A DNA stretch of 62,909 bases, the filler included, from Octopus bimaculoides (Eukaryota), in assembly GCF_001194135.2 (NCBI RefSeq). It is 12 parts of 12 records of this genome, joined end to end, with 100 filler letters (N's around TTAATTAATTAA, not from the genome) between each part and the next. Parts side by side here need not be neighbours in the genome. Positions count along the whole stretch, not along the records: positions 1 to 1,125 come from NC_069005.1; positions 1,226 to 6,698 come from NW_026317911.1; positions 6,799 to 24,592 come from NC_068992.1; 9 more parts are not named here. One strand, written 5' to 3'. Each line of letters begins with the position of its first letter. The first letter of the stretch is position 1. The notes under the pieces are model-generated. The model did not search any database, had not been told where the DNA came from, and was given only the letters and a program-made list of their open reading frames with translations. Of this stretch, positions 1 to 14,239 are shown in pieces. A program made the translations under genes and the position numbers.

Positions 1-5
1 TATAT

Positions 6-118
6 ATGCATATACATATACATATACATATACATGTACATATATATATATATATATGTATGCACATGTATACGCACACACACATATATATATGTATATA
101 TACATATAACACACACAC
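6..118. repeat. (TA)/(CA)/(CATA) compound microsatellite
   Basis: Direct inspection. Confidence 0.95.
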
Positions 119-1125
119 ATACGATGGTACAATGTGCTTCCGCACTGTTTCCATTTACCTTTCAAAAAAGATTTGTCGGTCTGGGGCTATAATAAAAGAC
201 ACTTGCGCAAGGTACCCCACGATGCTGTTAGAAAACGAGCTTCTTAAGTACACAGCCGTGAAATATTTCGTAATAAAATCAATGGTGTACAGTACAATAT
301 CATATCACTAAGCAAGGAAGTTACTCCACTGAAGTAGAAACGCATCATAGTAATTGTGTTTCTTTGCAGTGTAGCATAACAGAGATCAGAATAGGAGAAA
401 AAGAAAACACATTGAAGGACTCAGAAATATGATCTGTAATGGGTGTGACATCAGCTGCTGTGACTTAAATTTACATTGTACAACACCCATGGTCTCTCAT
501 CGTAACCTACACCTCGGAAATGCAGATCCTAAACTGTGGAGATCCGCTTCATGCAAACTAGAAGATTCTAAAATATAGTTTGCGGTTTATACAAAGATAT
601 TGAAATACCTCCATATGAAAAGCACTTTTCATGATATACGCCAATCTGTAGGAAGAATCTATAATTTCGGATCATTGTAATGATCGATGAAATGAGAAGG
701 CCCCCCCCCTACCACCGATAAAAAATGTTAACGTAGCACTGGTGTCCATCAGGGTTTATCGAACCCCTCATCACGTTGTATACCGCCGACAAAGTGGAAC
801 TCAGAGATCTGTGAACACACAGGGCCACTGCTTATAACTGAGACCAATTCCCTCCCTCGTACTGTCATCACAGCCTGCATCGCCTGGGTAGAATTATACC
901 ACATAGCTATACATAAACGAAAACCGATACGAGTAAACTGACATACTCAGACCAGTTTACCTCGTCGGGAAGAACAACCGTTAATCTAAAAGAATTTGGT
1001 GGCACTGAAATCTCAAGCCCCACAGATAACCAACAACCTAATGCCACCAGACTGTCTTTGCTATTTGTAGAAACATATACAAAATTATCTAACGTCCCTC
1101 TTTATCAATGTATATATATATATAT

Positions 1126-1225
1126 NNNNNNNNNNNNNNNNNNNNNNNNNNNNNNNNNNNNNNNNNNNNTTAATTAATTAANNNNNNNNNNNNNNNNNNN
1201 NNNNNNNNNNNNNNNNNNNNNNNNN
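1126..1225. other. Assembly join: N44-TTAATTAATTAA-N44. Same linker at 6743, 24637, 26358, 28486, 32475, 37932, 47218, 49398, 56246, 57579
   Basis: Identical 12-mer palindrome with stops in all six frames, embedded in N runs 11 times (100-bp block counted for this copy). Confidence 0.95.
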
Positions 1226-1528
1226 CCACCACTAAGCATCGCTATCACCACCACCGCCACCAGCACTACCAATCGTTGCTACCACTACCACCACCACGAC
1301 TAGCCTCATCACCTTTGGCTGTAGCACCACCACAAGCTGCCACCTCTACCACATCATTAACAACAACGACAACAATTGCATTAATCAGAATAACTACATT
1401 AACAATAACACCAACAACAACAACAACAACAGCAACCGCAGAAGATAAAGTATATTAAACATCTACACTAAATGGAAATTTGAAAACAAATGTAATCGTT
1501 TAAGAAAACAAACAACAAAAGTATGAGC

Positions 1529-1575
<47 letters not shown>

Positions 1576-1845
1576 TAGACTATTGCAACAACAACAACAA
1601 CAAATATACTGAGGTGTGCAACTGACTTATTTCTCCAGTTATCGTTATAGTATTTTGCTATTTTGTTGTTGTTTAAATGTCGCAGTAATAAAATTACTAA
1701 AACATCAAATTCAATTTCAGAACAGAAGAGTAAATTAATTATAATTTAATGTGGAGAAATGTAATTGTCTTCCTTTCTTTTTTTTTTATTTTACATTTAG
1801 CTTCACACACACATCATCTCATATATATATATATATATACATATA

Positions 1846-2087
1846 TCATCATCATCATCATCATCGTCGTTTAACGTCCGCTTTCCATGCTAGCATGGGT
1901 TGGACGATTTGACTGAGGACTGGTGCAACCGGATGGCTACACCAGGCTCCAATCTAATTTGGCAGAGTTTCTACAGCTGGATGCCCTTCCTAACGCCAAC
2001 CACTCAGAGTGTAGTGGGTGCTTTTACGTGTCACCCGCACGAAAACGGCCACGCTCGAAATGGTGTCTTTTATGTGCCACCCGCATG
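1846..2087 (-). mobile_element. 5'-truncated RTE 3' UTR copy
   Basis: (ATC)n + gtttaacgtccgctttccatgctagcatggg..., reverse complement of the 43.6-43.8 kb UTR. Confidence 0.8.
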
Positions 2088-2088
2088 A

Positions 2089-2248
2089 GAGGGTGCATGG
2101 CTCAGTTGTTAGAGAGTCGTTCTTATGATCGTGAGCATGTTGTGTTCTTGAGCAAGACACTTTATTTCACTTTACTCCAGTTCACTCGGCTGTAGAAATG
2201 AGTTGTGATGTCACTGATGCCAAGCTGTATCAGCCTTTGCCTTTCCCC
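2089..2248 (+). mobile_element. SINE family D (CORE-like) fragment. Related minus-strand pieces at ~33475-33580 and ~46980-47125
   Basis: tggctcagttgttagag...cttgagcaagacactttatttcactttactccagttcactcggctg. Minus copies share cagctgagtgaactggagc. Confidence 0.55.
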
Positions 2249-2540
2249 NNNNNNNNNNNNNNNNNNNNNNNNNNNNNNNNNNNNNNNNNNNNNNNNNNNN
2301 NNNNNNNNNNNNNNNNNNNNNNNNNNNNNNNNNNNNNNNNNNNNNNNNNNNNNNNNNNNNNNNNNNNNNNNNNNNNNNNNNNNNNNNNNNNNNNNNNNNN
2401 NNNNNNNNNNNNNNNNNNNNNNNNNNNNNNNNNNNNNNNNNNNNNNNNNNNNNNNNNNNNNNNNNNNNNNNNNNNNNNNNNNNNNNNNNNNNNNNNNNNN
2501 NNNNNNNNNNNNNNNNNNNNNNNNNNNNNNNNNNNNNNNN

Positions 2541-2603
<63 letters not shown>

Positions 2604-2768
2604 ATTTGTGTACACAATGGGCTTTCAATTTCTGTCCATCTCAAAACTGCTTACAAGGCTTTAGTCATCCTTCGGCTATAGCAGACACTTGCTTAAGATA
2701 CCAGTGAAACTTAACTCAAAAGTATATGGTTTTAAAGCTACTTCTTACCACATAGCCATGGCGGTGCC

Positions 2769-2806
<38 letters not shown>

Positions 2807-3654
2807 CACATATTTGTGTGCATGTATGTAAATATATGCATTTGTATAGGTGTTTGTGTGTTTGTATGTGTGTGTATGTACACACATACACACGCAGGTC
2901 TGTATAAATGCACAAAAAAGTTTTAAGCCTTCATTAAAATAGATGGATGGTATAAATTTACCATTTCAGTCTTCTAATTTCATTTTAGCATTTGTTCTCA
3001 GCAATTCTGATCAATACCAATGATGTTTACATTTCTGAAATTTATAACCAATATTGCCTACTTTCAATTTTGCTGCTGGCTGCTTCATTATTCACAAATT
3101 CCTTATAAGGTAAAAATAATCAAAAGACAGAAAAAAAAAAAAAATTTTAAACCCTCCAAAAACAACCTTGTTTGCACTGTTGGAATTATTAATATTTGCT
3201 CACCAAAATTCTTTACCATTTATAGCAAAAAAAAAAGAAAGAAAAAAAAGAAAGAAAAAGATAACATTTTCCCGAAGTATTTGTAAAATTTTCTAAAATA
3301 CAAAATTTTTCCTCCCTCCTTTGCATGTAATTTCTTTAAAAATTACAGCTTTTACTACACACCACATGATGTAATCCATTATTGGATATGCAAGAAGGCA
3401 TTACTTTGTCATTTTGGCTGGTAGGTAGAAATAATATTTTAGTTTTAAAACAGCCACAAAGTTTAATGGGAACACACGAACAGAAACTATGGTATGATAT
3501 AATGTGATATCTCCATAGTTGCGTTCCAAGCATAGTAAATATACCTACAGCTTTTGATTTATGCATGCATCTCCGAGATGCAGTATTATCAATATTATGC
3601 AATCAATCCTGATACATGTATGTATTCGGATTAGTGCTCTCATCTTGGTTGTTA

Positions 3655-3783
3655 CATCCAAGGCTTTGGTTGGCCCTTGGCTATAGTAGAAGACACTTGC
3701 CCAAGGTGCCATGCAGTGGGACTGAACCCGGAACCATGTGGTTGGTAAGCAAGCTACTTACCACACAGCCACTCCTGCGCCTA
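3655..3783 (-). mobile_element. tRNA-derived SINE family A, 5' head
   Basis: Minus: ggcgcaggagTGGCTGTGTGGtaagtagcttgcttaccaaccacatggttccgGGTTCAGTCCCactgc (Pol III A/B boxes), then ccttgggcaagtgtctt. Confidence 0.75.
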
Positions 3784-3854
3784 TGTATGTATGTATATTC
3801 TTTACTCAGTACTCCTAAATCCAACACCATTGCAGGAATAGGGGTGGTGGCACC

Positions 3855-4020
3855 TAAAAGCACCCCCATACTCATTGTAAAGTAGTTGACAGTAAAAAGG
3901 GCACCCCGCCCAGATACAGGAACGTGATGTAGACTTTGGGTCCATCAGCTCCTTGTCAAGCTATCCAGCCCATGCCAGCAAGGAACATGAACACTGAATG
4001 ATGATGATGATGATAATGAT
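3855..4020 (+). mobile_element. Old RTE 3' UTR copy
   Basis: cccatgccagcaaggaaca...tgatgatgatg terminus, diverged. Confidence 0.5.
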
Positions 4021-4396
4021 GTATAACTGTCAGCCCACTTGCCGTTAAAAAAAGACTCAAATCAGGAGTTTGTCTGTCGATGCTTTAGGGATACAAATGT
4101 AATTATTTCCACGTAATTCTAGCGAAAACAGATTATCATCTTAATCCTTTTGGTACCAACCCATAGGAGATTGACTCTGGTTCTGCCATATACTTTGTCT
4201 TCTCTTAAAAATGTTGATATTCACATTAAAAAAAACAAAAACATCCATTATAATTTCATGCAAGAATCATTTTCTTTCTATGCTCTGCTTTGTCATGTCC
4301 CAATAACCAACTTAAAAATGGTGGTGGTGGTGGTGGGGGGGGATTCAGTAATTTTACCAAGTCCCTGCGTGATTTTTCAATAGTTTCATATTATAT

Positions 4397-4442
<46 letters not shown>

Positions 4443-5779
4443 GCATACATGCATACATACAGATATGCACACACAAATGCACAAACAGGTATGCCTATAT
4501 ATACATATACACACACACACACATATACACACACCTATATATACACATATATATATATATATATATATATAGAGACATACATGCATACATATATGTCATT
4601 AGAAAAATCATCACGAAAGGGTTAACAGTTTTCCACGTAAGATAAAAACCTCCCACAACTCCATCACTGCTTTGTCAGTCTGTTGCTCATATTGAAAACT
4701 CCATTTTTCCCTCCAACTTTCCTTCCCTCTTTCTCCTCCACANNNNNNNNNNNNNNNNNNNNNNNNNNNNNNNNNNNNNNNNNNNNNNNNNNNNNNNNNN
4801 NNNNNNNNNNNNNNNNNNNNNNNNNNNNNNNNNNNNNNNNNNNNNNNNNNNNNNNNNNNNNNNNNNNNNNNNNNNNNNNNNNNNNNNNNNNNNNNNNNNN
4901 NNNNNNNNNNNNNNNNNNNNNNNNNNNNNNNNNNNNNNNNNNNNNNNNNNNNNNNNNNNNNNNNNNNNNNNNNNNNNNNNNNNNNNNNNNNNNNNNNNNN
5001 NNNNNNNNNNNNNNNNNNNNNNNNNNNNNNNNNNNNNNNNNNNNNNNNNNNNNNNNNNNNNNNNNNNNNNNNNNNNNNNNNNNNNNNNNNNNNNNNNNNN
5101 NNNNNNNNNNNNNNNNNNNNNNNNNNNNNNNNNNNNNNNNNNNNNNNNNNNNNNNNNNNNNNNNNNNNNNNNNNNNNNNNNNNNNNNNNNNNNNNNNNNN
5201 NNNNNNNNNNNNNNNNNNNNNNNNNNNNNNNNNNNNNNNNNNNNNNNNNNNNNNNNNNNNNNNNATTGTTCTCAGTCGCAAAACAAACGCTAAAGACTGG
5301 AATAAAAGCACAAATTACTTGTGTGTTTCTATTGCAGCTGTGTTGGAATGAAATGGATGGCTGTGTCAATTTAAAAATCAAGCTTATTCAACTGTTTGTG
5401 TTCAGCAGAAACACTTCTTCTTCTTCTTCTTCTCCTCCTCCTTGCTTGTATGCGGACACCAATACACACACACACACACAAATGCAAACTAACAGAAACT
5501 AACACGCACAGTGTGTTTATCATACAACTGTCGCGGCATGAATTTCTTGATAGCGTTTACTGTTCTGACTGTAGAATTAAATAAATATCTTAGAGATGAA
5601 ATAATAATAATAATAAGAATAATAACAATTATGAAAATAATAATAATATTTATGAAAATAATAATAATAATAATAATGATATTGATAATCACAATCATAA
5701 TAATAATTAATTCTTTTATTAGCCACAAGGGCTCACATAAAACAACATTAAACATAATAATAATAATAATAATAATAAT

Positions 5780-6146
5780 AAGAGCACTCAGAGGGCGCAA
5801 ACTTCCACCAAGCCAACACCAACGTCCTCTCAACGATTAACCGAAGATGATTTTTAAAATGAGAATATCTGAAATAAAGTTGACTGCTCTCACAAATGAG
5901 AATACTAAAAATGAACCCAACCACTCTCAGAAATTAAGTAAAAAGACAAGAAAAATAATCCAGAATCCTTTTGCGGTACTGGATTAATCCCAACATCTAA
6001 TCAGTTTGTGCCAGTCACGAGACCAAACATCCCTGAAAGATTCGTTCAAATCCATCCTGTGGTTCCTGAGATATCTTGTCCATGGACAACCAAACAAACA
6101 AACACAACTGAAAACAATACCTCTGCCTTCACTAAGGCAGAGGTAA
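5780..6146 (+). mobile_element. Non-autonomous Helentron-like (HINE/DINE-type) element
   Basis: 3' stem-loop ACCTCTGCC-ttcactaa-GGCAGAGGT (6119-6144) after a caaa microsatellite. Related acttccacc motif near the 5' end. Confidence 0.55.
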
Positions 6147-6171
6147 TAATAGTCATAATGATAATAATAAT

Positions 6172-6615
6172 AACCCTTTCTACTAAAGGCACAAGGCCTG
6201 AAATTTAGAGGGGGAGGGGACTAGTCGATTACATCGACCCCAGTGTTTCACTGGTATTTAACTTATTGGCTCTGAAAGGATGAAAAGCAAAGTTAACCTC
6301 GGCAGAATTTGAACCCAGAACGTGAAGACATGAAATACAGTTAATCATTTTTGCCAATGTGCTAAAAATTCTGCCAGTTCACCCACTTATAATATGATAA
6401 TGATAATAATAATGATAATAATAATAATCCTTTTTACTATAGGCACAAGGACTGAAATTTGGAGGAAGGGAATAGTCAATTTCATCGACCCCAGTAATCA
6501 GTTGGTACTTATTTTATTGACCCCGAAAGGATGAAAGGCAAAGTAGACCTAAGGGTCATTTGAACTCAGAACGCAAAGATGGACAAATTGCTGCTAAGTA
6601 TTTTGCCTAGTGTGG
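6172..6615 (-). mobile_element. Two tandem copies of SINE family B (6172-6385, 6428-6615)
   Basis: Both show catcgaccccagt...ccccgaaaggatgaaaggcaaagt...gaatttgaactcagaacg, separated by (AAT)n. Confidence 0.75.
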
Positions 6616-6619
6616 CCCA

Positions 6620-6698
6620 GATTGGGCTTCATATATTTTATCCCAGTCTCACTGTGATGGCATGCACTGCTCTCTCACTCAATAATAATAATAATAAT
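6620..6698 (+). mobile_element. 3' terminal fragment of the TAA-associated repeat
   Basis: cccagtctcactgtgatggcatgcactgctctctcactc(aat)n. Confidence 0.55.
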
Positions 6699-6799
6699 NN
6701 NNNNNNNNNNNNNNNNNNNNNNNNNNNNNNNNNNNNNNNNNNTTAATTAATTAANNNNNNNNNNNNNNNNNNNNNNNNNNNNNNNNNNNNNNNNNNNNT

Positions 6800-7162
6800 A
6801 TATACATGCTCATATATACATATATATGTGCGGTGTGTGTGTATGTATGTATGTATGCATATTTGGATGTATGTATGTATGTCTGTATGTATGTATGTCT
6901 GTATGTTTGTATGTATGTATGTCTGTATGCATGTATGTATGTATGTATGCATGTATGTATGTATGTATGTATGTATGTATGCATGCATGCATGCATGCAT
7001 GCATGTATGTATGTATGTATGTATGTATGTATGTATGTATGTATGTATGTATGTATGCATGCATGCATGTCTGTATGTATGTATGTATGTATGTGTGTAT
7101 GCATGTATGTATGTATGTATGTATGTATGTGTGTATGTATGCATGTATGTATGTATGTATGC
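6800..7162. repeat. (TATG)n/(CATG)n compound microsatellite
   Basis: Direct inspection. Source of the MYVC/HTYI pseudo-ORFs. Confidence 0.95.
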
Positions 7163-8661
7163 AACGCACCTCAACAGTTGTAATATATTATTATCACTAT
7201 CCGATGAATAAATATCACATCTTACTCCGTGGAAATATATTCTTCACTCACGCCACAAAAATTATATTATGTAGATATTGTTGAAATATTATTTAACAGT
7301 AATGTTCGATTTATTCAGTTTTCATTGATTCTTGAAACACGGTTTCTTTAATATCTTCTTTTCTTGGCACGCTATTACTCTCTATGTGAATTATATATTT
7401 ATAAATGTGTTTATAGAGAGGAATACAGATATATATTTCATAGTCTATATAATGTCCTTTGAAACTGTATTCTAGTGCATACATACATACATACATACAT
7501 ACATGCATGCATACATACATATAAACACCCCCATACACACACATATCAATACATATATATATATATAAAATACACCCACACACACATGTATAACTTTTTA
7601 AAAACCTTTCATGAGAAAGATAACAGAAATAATTTGGAAAGCAAAACAGTTAATACGTATGGAATGGAATATAATAAAGGAAAAAAACTTTTTGGCCTAT
7701 TTTGCGAATATAGAGTTCATATCAATACATTCTAAAAGACACGTCGATAGGTCTGGCGATATTATGTCGATTATTTTCAAGTACAATGACCTAATAATGA
7801 TTCAGTTGACAACTTACTTTATTAATGTGAATAAAAGCCCGAGGAAGAAAACCGATGAAACCACAAATGGACGAGTAGATGTGTTTATGTAAATATTATA
7901 GCAAATGGCTCCTCATTTCTGTATATTCCCTTTTCATTTTTGTCGACAGTTTAAAATACAGCACTCAAGATATTATCAAATCTTTTTCTTCATTTGGCAC
8001 AGCAGGTTATCTTTGTCGTCTTCCTGCAGTTCGAAACGACATTACTAATGGTAGGAGAAAAAAAGAAAGCAAAATAATATCAAACCTACATTGAAATTAT
8101 CAGAGATTCAATATTTACAGAAATAATTTTCAAACTGTTAAAATAGAATTCTTTCTCACATTGTTTGCTTATATTGTTTTTATTTTTAAACGTATAATCC
8201 CTATATAATACGATAAATTCTCTATGTACTAAGTGCTGTACAAATTATGCTGAATGAGAAAGAAATTATAACTACCTTAATTAGAGAAAAATAGTGAGTA
8301 TTGAAATAGATTGTTTTTAAAAAAATTGATAATATTAAAATGATTAAAAATACAAATACGTGATGAATGTTTAATTTTTAATGATTTAATATATATATAT
8401 ATAACTTGATTAAGATAGCTTCTAGAAATCTATTTCTTCTTCAATGAAGAATTTTGTCTTATACTAATCTTATATTAAACTATCAGTTTGAGAGTTGTTA
8501 GACGAGAACGAGGGTGAAATAGCGAACGCTGGAGAAATACTTTCTTTGACAAGGGAACAAATAGAAGAGAGAGATAATAGGATACCTCCAGCCTCAAGGA
8601 CAGTCCTGAAAATAGATGATGGCATGAGGAAAAGAAAGATGGACGGTGGTCACGTGTGAGC

Positions 8662-8703
<42 letters not shown>

Positions 8704-8871
8704 GGACAGAGGGACAGATAGTAAACGCTGAAGAGGAGAAAAACAAATTAGAGAAAGGATCAGAGAGAAAATGATAGAGGGAGAGAACAATATAGGATAG
8801 ATTCGCATCAAAAAGATTAACATAAACTAACTTGGAAACGGATGCTTGGCGTTCAATCAAATAATAATATG

Positions 8872-8940
<69 letters not shown>

Positions 8941-8984
8941 TATATGCATATATATGTATACACACGCACACATATATATACAGC

Positions 8985-9365
8985 GGAGGCGCAATGGCCC
9001 AGTGGTTAGGGCAGCAGTCTCGCGGTCGTAGGATCACGGTTTGATTCCCAGACCGGACGTTGTGAGTGTTTATTGATCGAAAACACCTAAAGCTCCATGC
9101 GGCTCCGGCAGGGAGTGTTGGTGACCCCTGCTGCAGTATTTCATCACAACTTTCTCTCATTCTTTCTTCCTGTTTCTGTTGTACCTGCATTTCAAAGGGC
9201 CAGCCTTGTCACACTCTGTGTCAAGCTGAATCTCCCCGAGTACTCCGTTAAGGTTGCACGTTTATGTGGAGTGCTCAGCCACTTGCACGTTAATTTCACG
9301 CGCAGGCTGTTTCGTTGATCAGATCAACTGGAACCCTCGTCGTCGTAACCGACAAAGTGCCACAA
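8985..9365 (+). mobile_element. tRNA-derived SINE family C, full length
   Basis: ggaggcgcaaTGGCCCAGTGGttagggc...GGTTTGATTCCcagacc (A/B boxes). Colinear with 60350-60738. Confidence 0.8.
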
Positions 9366-10863
9366 TATTTATACATATAAGCACACTGACACTTACACAA
9401 CACACTCAGATGCATACACATACACACACACGCACTAGTTGAATTTCCCATCAGTGCCGTGGTATCTTCACAGCAGATTATCATGGCGGACTTAGTATTT
9501 TCATCGTTTTGACGGATTTTTCAAATGCTTTTGCTACACGATTGTATATGATGGATAGGAGCATTATCCCCCGCTCTCCCGCTTCTGGACCGATTTTGTC
9601 CAATTGTTTTTTCACTATGCATTTTATAAAATGGGAAACTCCTTTGCTTGAAAAAATGTTTTGAACATTTCTAATCTTTTTTTTTTTTTTTAACTCCCTC
9701 CACCATTAAGGAGTGATTTTGGTCTTCTTTTTTTAATTTTGCACTACGCATTTATAATAGATGGTGGAAAATTTGAAGATTAAAAGAAAACAAAAATTGG
9801 AAATCGGTGGTTACTATTACGATCTGCACATCCTTTATTTTCAACAGAAATAAAATGTTATATAAAAACAATAGTGATATTTTTAAAATGTCTTCATTAA
9901 CCCTGCCTTCTCCATAAATCCTGAAGCTTCGCTCTTTTCGAAATTGTTTTTAATTATAGTCTGAAAGACCGTCAGCCCGAATCTGCAATTTGTTTCTAAT
10001 TTCAAAATCATTTTCAGACGAAAAGGTGTGTGATTTAAGGGAGATTTAGCTCTTCGTCTAGCACACACCACTATCTCCCTTGTTTAGAATAAATTAACTT
10101 TTGCATGCTCTTTTAGCATCCCTCCGTCGCTTTAAAGAAATTCCATACACACACCCATGCACATATACTGACAAACACAGACACACAGACACACACTCGT
10201 ACACACATCTACACACGCACACGCAGCGTGAGCTATATACTATTATGTAGCGTGAGAGAGTGGGGCAAAATTTTCCATGAGAAAAGCAAAAGGTTAAAGT
10301 GATGGGGAGATCGTTTCTGTTACTGTCACAAATTTTGAAAGCTTAATATTAAGTGAAAAATTGCTTATTTTGGATGGTGATGTACCTTTTCCTGCTAAAT
10401 CCGAGTTAGTGATTTATTTATTCCAGAAAAAAAAAATTAGGAAAATATTACAAAGGTTTAAAATTTTATCATTTTACCGAATCAGAAAACAGGCTTTGTG
10501 CATAATAGGTGTCCTCAAATGAAAGTAAACATCGGAAGACGTTTTAAACAAAATGAAAGCAGTGCGTGAGAGATAAGGCATATACAGAAAGAAAGATACA
10601 GAGAGAGATGAGAGAAAGAGAGAGTCAGTTGAGAGAGAAAGATCGATGGCCAAAAATTGTGTGAGAGCTGTCGATCTAAAAGTTAAGTTGTTTCTCGTAG
10701 CAAATTATATATTTTAATTATCACTTACGGACGACATTCTCTATGGACGCGGGTTTCGAAAATTAAATTCTTTTCCTCGAGGACTCACCATTTCAGAGCC
10801 TTTCGCGTACATAACACACATACATAACCACAAACCGTCGCATAATATGGTATATACTATATA

Positions 10864-10915
<52 letters not shown>

Positions 10916-11164
10916 AAATAGTAAATGAGTATATGCACATATACGTACAGGTATGTGCATACCGACATCCACCTGTATGTATAGGTGCATATCTGGGTAC
11001 AGGACATTGCAAACAAAACGTAGACAAGAAAACACACAAGCCACATAGAGAACATTTTCCTTATCTATATATATATAATGTGTGTGTGTGTGTGTGCGTG
11101 CGTCTGCAATGAATGAAACAAGAAGAGAGCAATCGAAAGAGATAGGAAGAACATGTTAATATAT

Positions 11165-11221
<57 letters not shown>

Positions 11222-11591
11222 ATGTATATCTATATGTATACAAACGGAATGGAATCCAAAACGAATGTGTTGATGTGAGTGGGCAAGTTATTTTATGGAT
11301 AGAGCAGTACAAATTATTTCTCTGCGCTTAAGCGACTCGCTACAATTGATGGAGAAGGGCGAGTTTCTTTACATAGTTACAAACTATTAAGAGAGGGAAT
11401 ATTTTGCAGCGAAGTAGAAGGAAAAAGGAATGAAGAGATAGGTGCCAATGTGGGGCGAAGTCAAGGAAAATATAAATGCCAGAAGGAAACATTTCATACT
11501 GAAATAAAAAGAGACAAAATAGTAAAGTAGTGCATGTATGTATGTATCTATAAATGTGTCTATCGATTGCTTTCTTCTTGTTTCATTATAC

Positions 11592-11644
<53 letters not shown>

Positions 11645-13205
11645 NNNNNNNNNNNNNNNNNNNNNNNNNNNNNNNNNNNNNNNNNNNNNNNNNNNNNNNN
11701 NNNNNNNNNNNNNNNNNNNNNNNNNNNNNNNNNNNNNNNNNNNNNNNNNNNNNNNNNNNNNNNNNNNNNNNNNNNNNNNNNNNNNNNNNNNNNNNNNNNN
11801 NNNNNNNNNNNNNNNNNNNNNNNNNNNNNNNNNNNNNNNNNNNNNNNNNNNNNNNNNNNNNNNNNNNNNNNNNNNNNNNNNNNNNNNNNNNNNNNNNNNN
11901 NNNNNNNNNNNNNNNNNNNNNNNNNNNNNNNNNNNNNNNNNNNNNNNNNNNNNNNNNNNNNNNNNNNNNNNNNNNNNNNNNNNNNTATATATATATATAT
12001 ATATACACTCAAAGACTATATATATATATATATATACGTTGCTTAGTTTTGATTTACACCAGGCGAAATTGTCCGTAGCTTGACCGTTTCAACGCATTTG
12101 TTTTGTTTACAACAGGATTTCTTAATTCCGAATACATTCTTTCTCTTAAATAATATTGTCTAGAAATATATGTTTTCTTGCATGCTACAATTTGAAAACC
12201 TCTATGACATTTGTGTCACATGCGTGAATATGATGCAGAAATAAATATATTAGGCCTACATAAAAAATGCAGGCTCGCAGTGACTATTGGAATAATTACT
12301 TCAAAGTTATAGTATTACTTAATTTGGTTACCTAGATCTGAAGTATTTATTTGAGAGTGTAAATGACACATCAAGTTTTGAAAATAAAATTCTTTTTCGT
12401 TTGCAAAGATGTTTGCTTGTTGCAGTATTTTCTTCATAGTTGAGCTATTTCTGCAGAAACATATTGCATTTTCAATTGTGATTACGCCTACTTTCAAGAA
12501 GTTATTTTGATCTTGAAACGAGCAAAAGTTTAATAAAATATAATAGTTGTATTTTTTTTGCATTTTGTTCTTCCAAAAATGTCCGAAAATTAATGAGGAT
12601 ACCAAATAAACTTTCCTGGAAATAAGTTGTTATTTTCTTGACAAGAAATCTAATTAAGTTTGTTCATAAATATTTTTAGCTCGTCTACATTTAAAGAGAA
12701 ACGTGTTTTTCCTCATATTGCTAAAATATTAAACCTTAAAATTTTAAACAAAGCTCATTTATTTACCTCCTATCCCATATCTGTGTCTAATTTATTTTAT
12801 TAATTAGCTTTGAACACGAAATACGTAAACTCTGTTAAAATATTATTTTACCGACGTATATTATTACTTCTCAGTATTTTTACATCGGCAAGTTTTATAA
12901 TGAAGAATAACAAAACAGAATGTGTAGTATTCATGAACGCTATTATAAGAAGCCGCACATGTAGGCGCACATCTAAATGTATAACAGAGAGCGCTGAAAT
13001 AAACGAAGAAATTCGAGAAAGGAAAGAAGAGTAAACATTATAGTAGGCTGCAAATGATTTTAAATTAAAAGTTAAAACCAGTCGATGATAAATAACTATA
13101 TGGATATTTATAGATACGTACGCACACATATTTGTGTATGGGTTAATGTGCCTGTTTGTGTAAGTGTGTGTGTGTATCTATATATATGTTTGTTTGTGTG
13201 TATGC

Positions 13206-13263
<58 letters not shown>

Positions 13264-14189
13264 NNNNNNNNNNNNNNNNNNNNNNNNNNNNNNNNNNNNN
13301 NNNNNNNNNNNNNNNNNNNNNNNNNNNNNNNNNNNNNNNNNNNNNNNNNNNNNNNNNNNNNNNNNNNNNNNNNNNNNNNNNNNNNNNNNNNNNNNNNNNN
13401 NNNNNNNNNNNNNNNNNNNNNNNNNNNNNNNNNNNNNNNNNNNNNNNNNNNNNNNNNNNNNNNNNNNNNNNNNNNNNNNNNNNNNNNNNNNNNNNNNNNN
13501 NNNNNNNNNNNNNNNNNNNNNNNNNNNNNNNNNNNNNNNNNNNNNNNNNNNNNNNNNNNNNNNNNNNNNNNNNNNNNNNNNNNNNNNNNNNNNNNNNNNN
13601 NNNNNNNNNNNNNNNNNNNNNNNNNNNNNNNNNNNNNNNNNNNNNNNNNNNNNNNNNNNNNNNNNNNNNNNNNNNNNNNNNNNNNNNNNNNNNNNNNNNN
13701 NNNNNNNNNNNNNNNNNNNNNNNNNNNNNNNNNNNNNNNNNNNNNNNNNNNNNNNNNNNNNNNNNNNNNNNNNNNNNNNNNNNNNNNNNNNNNNNNNNNN
13801 NNNNNNNNNNNNNNNNNNNNNNNNNNNNNNNNNNNNNNNNNNNNNNNNNNNNNNNNNNNNNNNNNNNNNNNNNNNNNNNNNNNNNNNNNNNNNNNNNNNN
13901 NNNNNNNNNNNNNNNNNNNNNNNNNNNNNNNNNNNNNNNNNNNNNNNNNNNNNNNNNNNNNNNNNNNNNNNNNNNNNNNNNNNNNNNNNNNNNNNNNNNN
14001 NNNNNNNNNNNNNNNNNNNNNNNNNNNNNNNNNNNNNNNNNNNNNNNNNNNNNNNNNNNNNNNNNNNNNNNNNNNNNNNNNNNNNNNNNNNNNNNNNNNN
14101 NNNNNNNNNNNNNNNNNNNNNNNNNNNNNNNNNNNNNNNNNNNNNNNNNNNNNNNNNNNNNNNNNNNNNNNNNNNNNNNNNNNNNNNNN

Positions 14190-14239
<50 letters not shown>

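Noticed and set aside
735-800. tggtgtcc...gggtttatcgaaccc, complement of a tRNA 3' half (tRNA gene or PBS)
   Set aside because: No cloverleaf can be built and no adjacent LTR is demonstrable. At most a decayed tRNA-like relic.
8492-8660. Open frame ELLDENEGEIANAGEILSLTREQIEERDNR... vaguely SAM-like
   Set aside because: Purine-rich sequence grading into (GA)n, weak acceptor, no recognisable homology.
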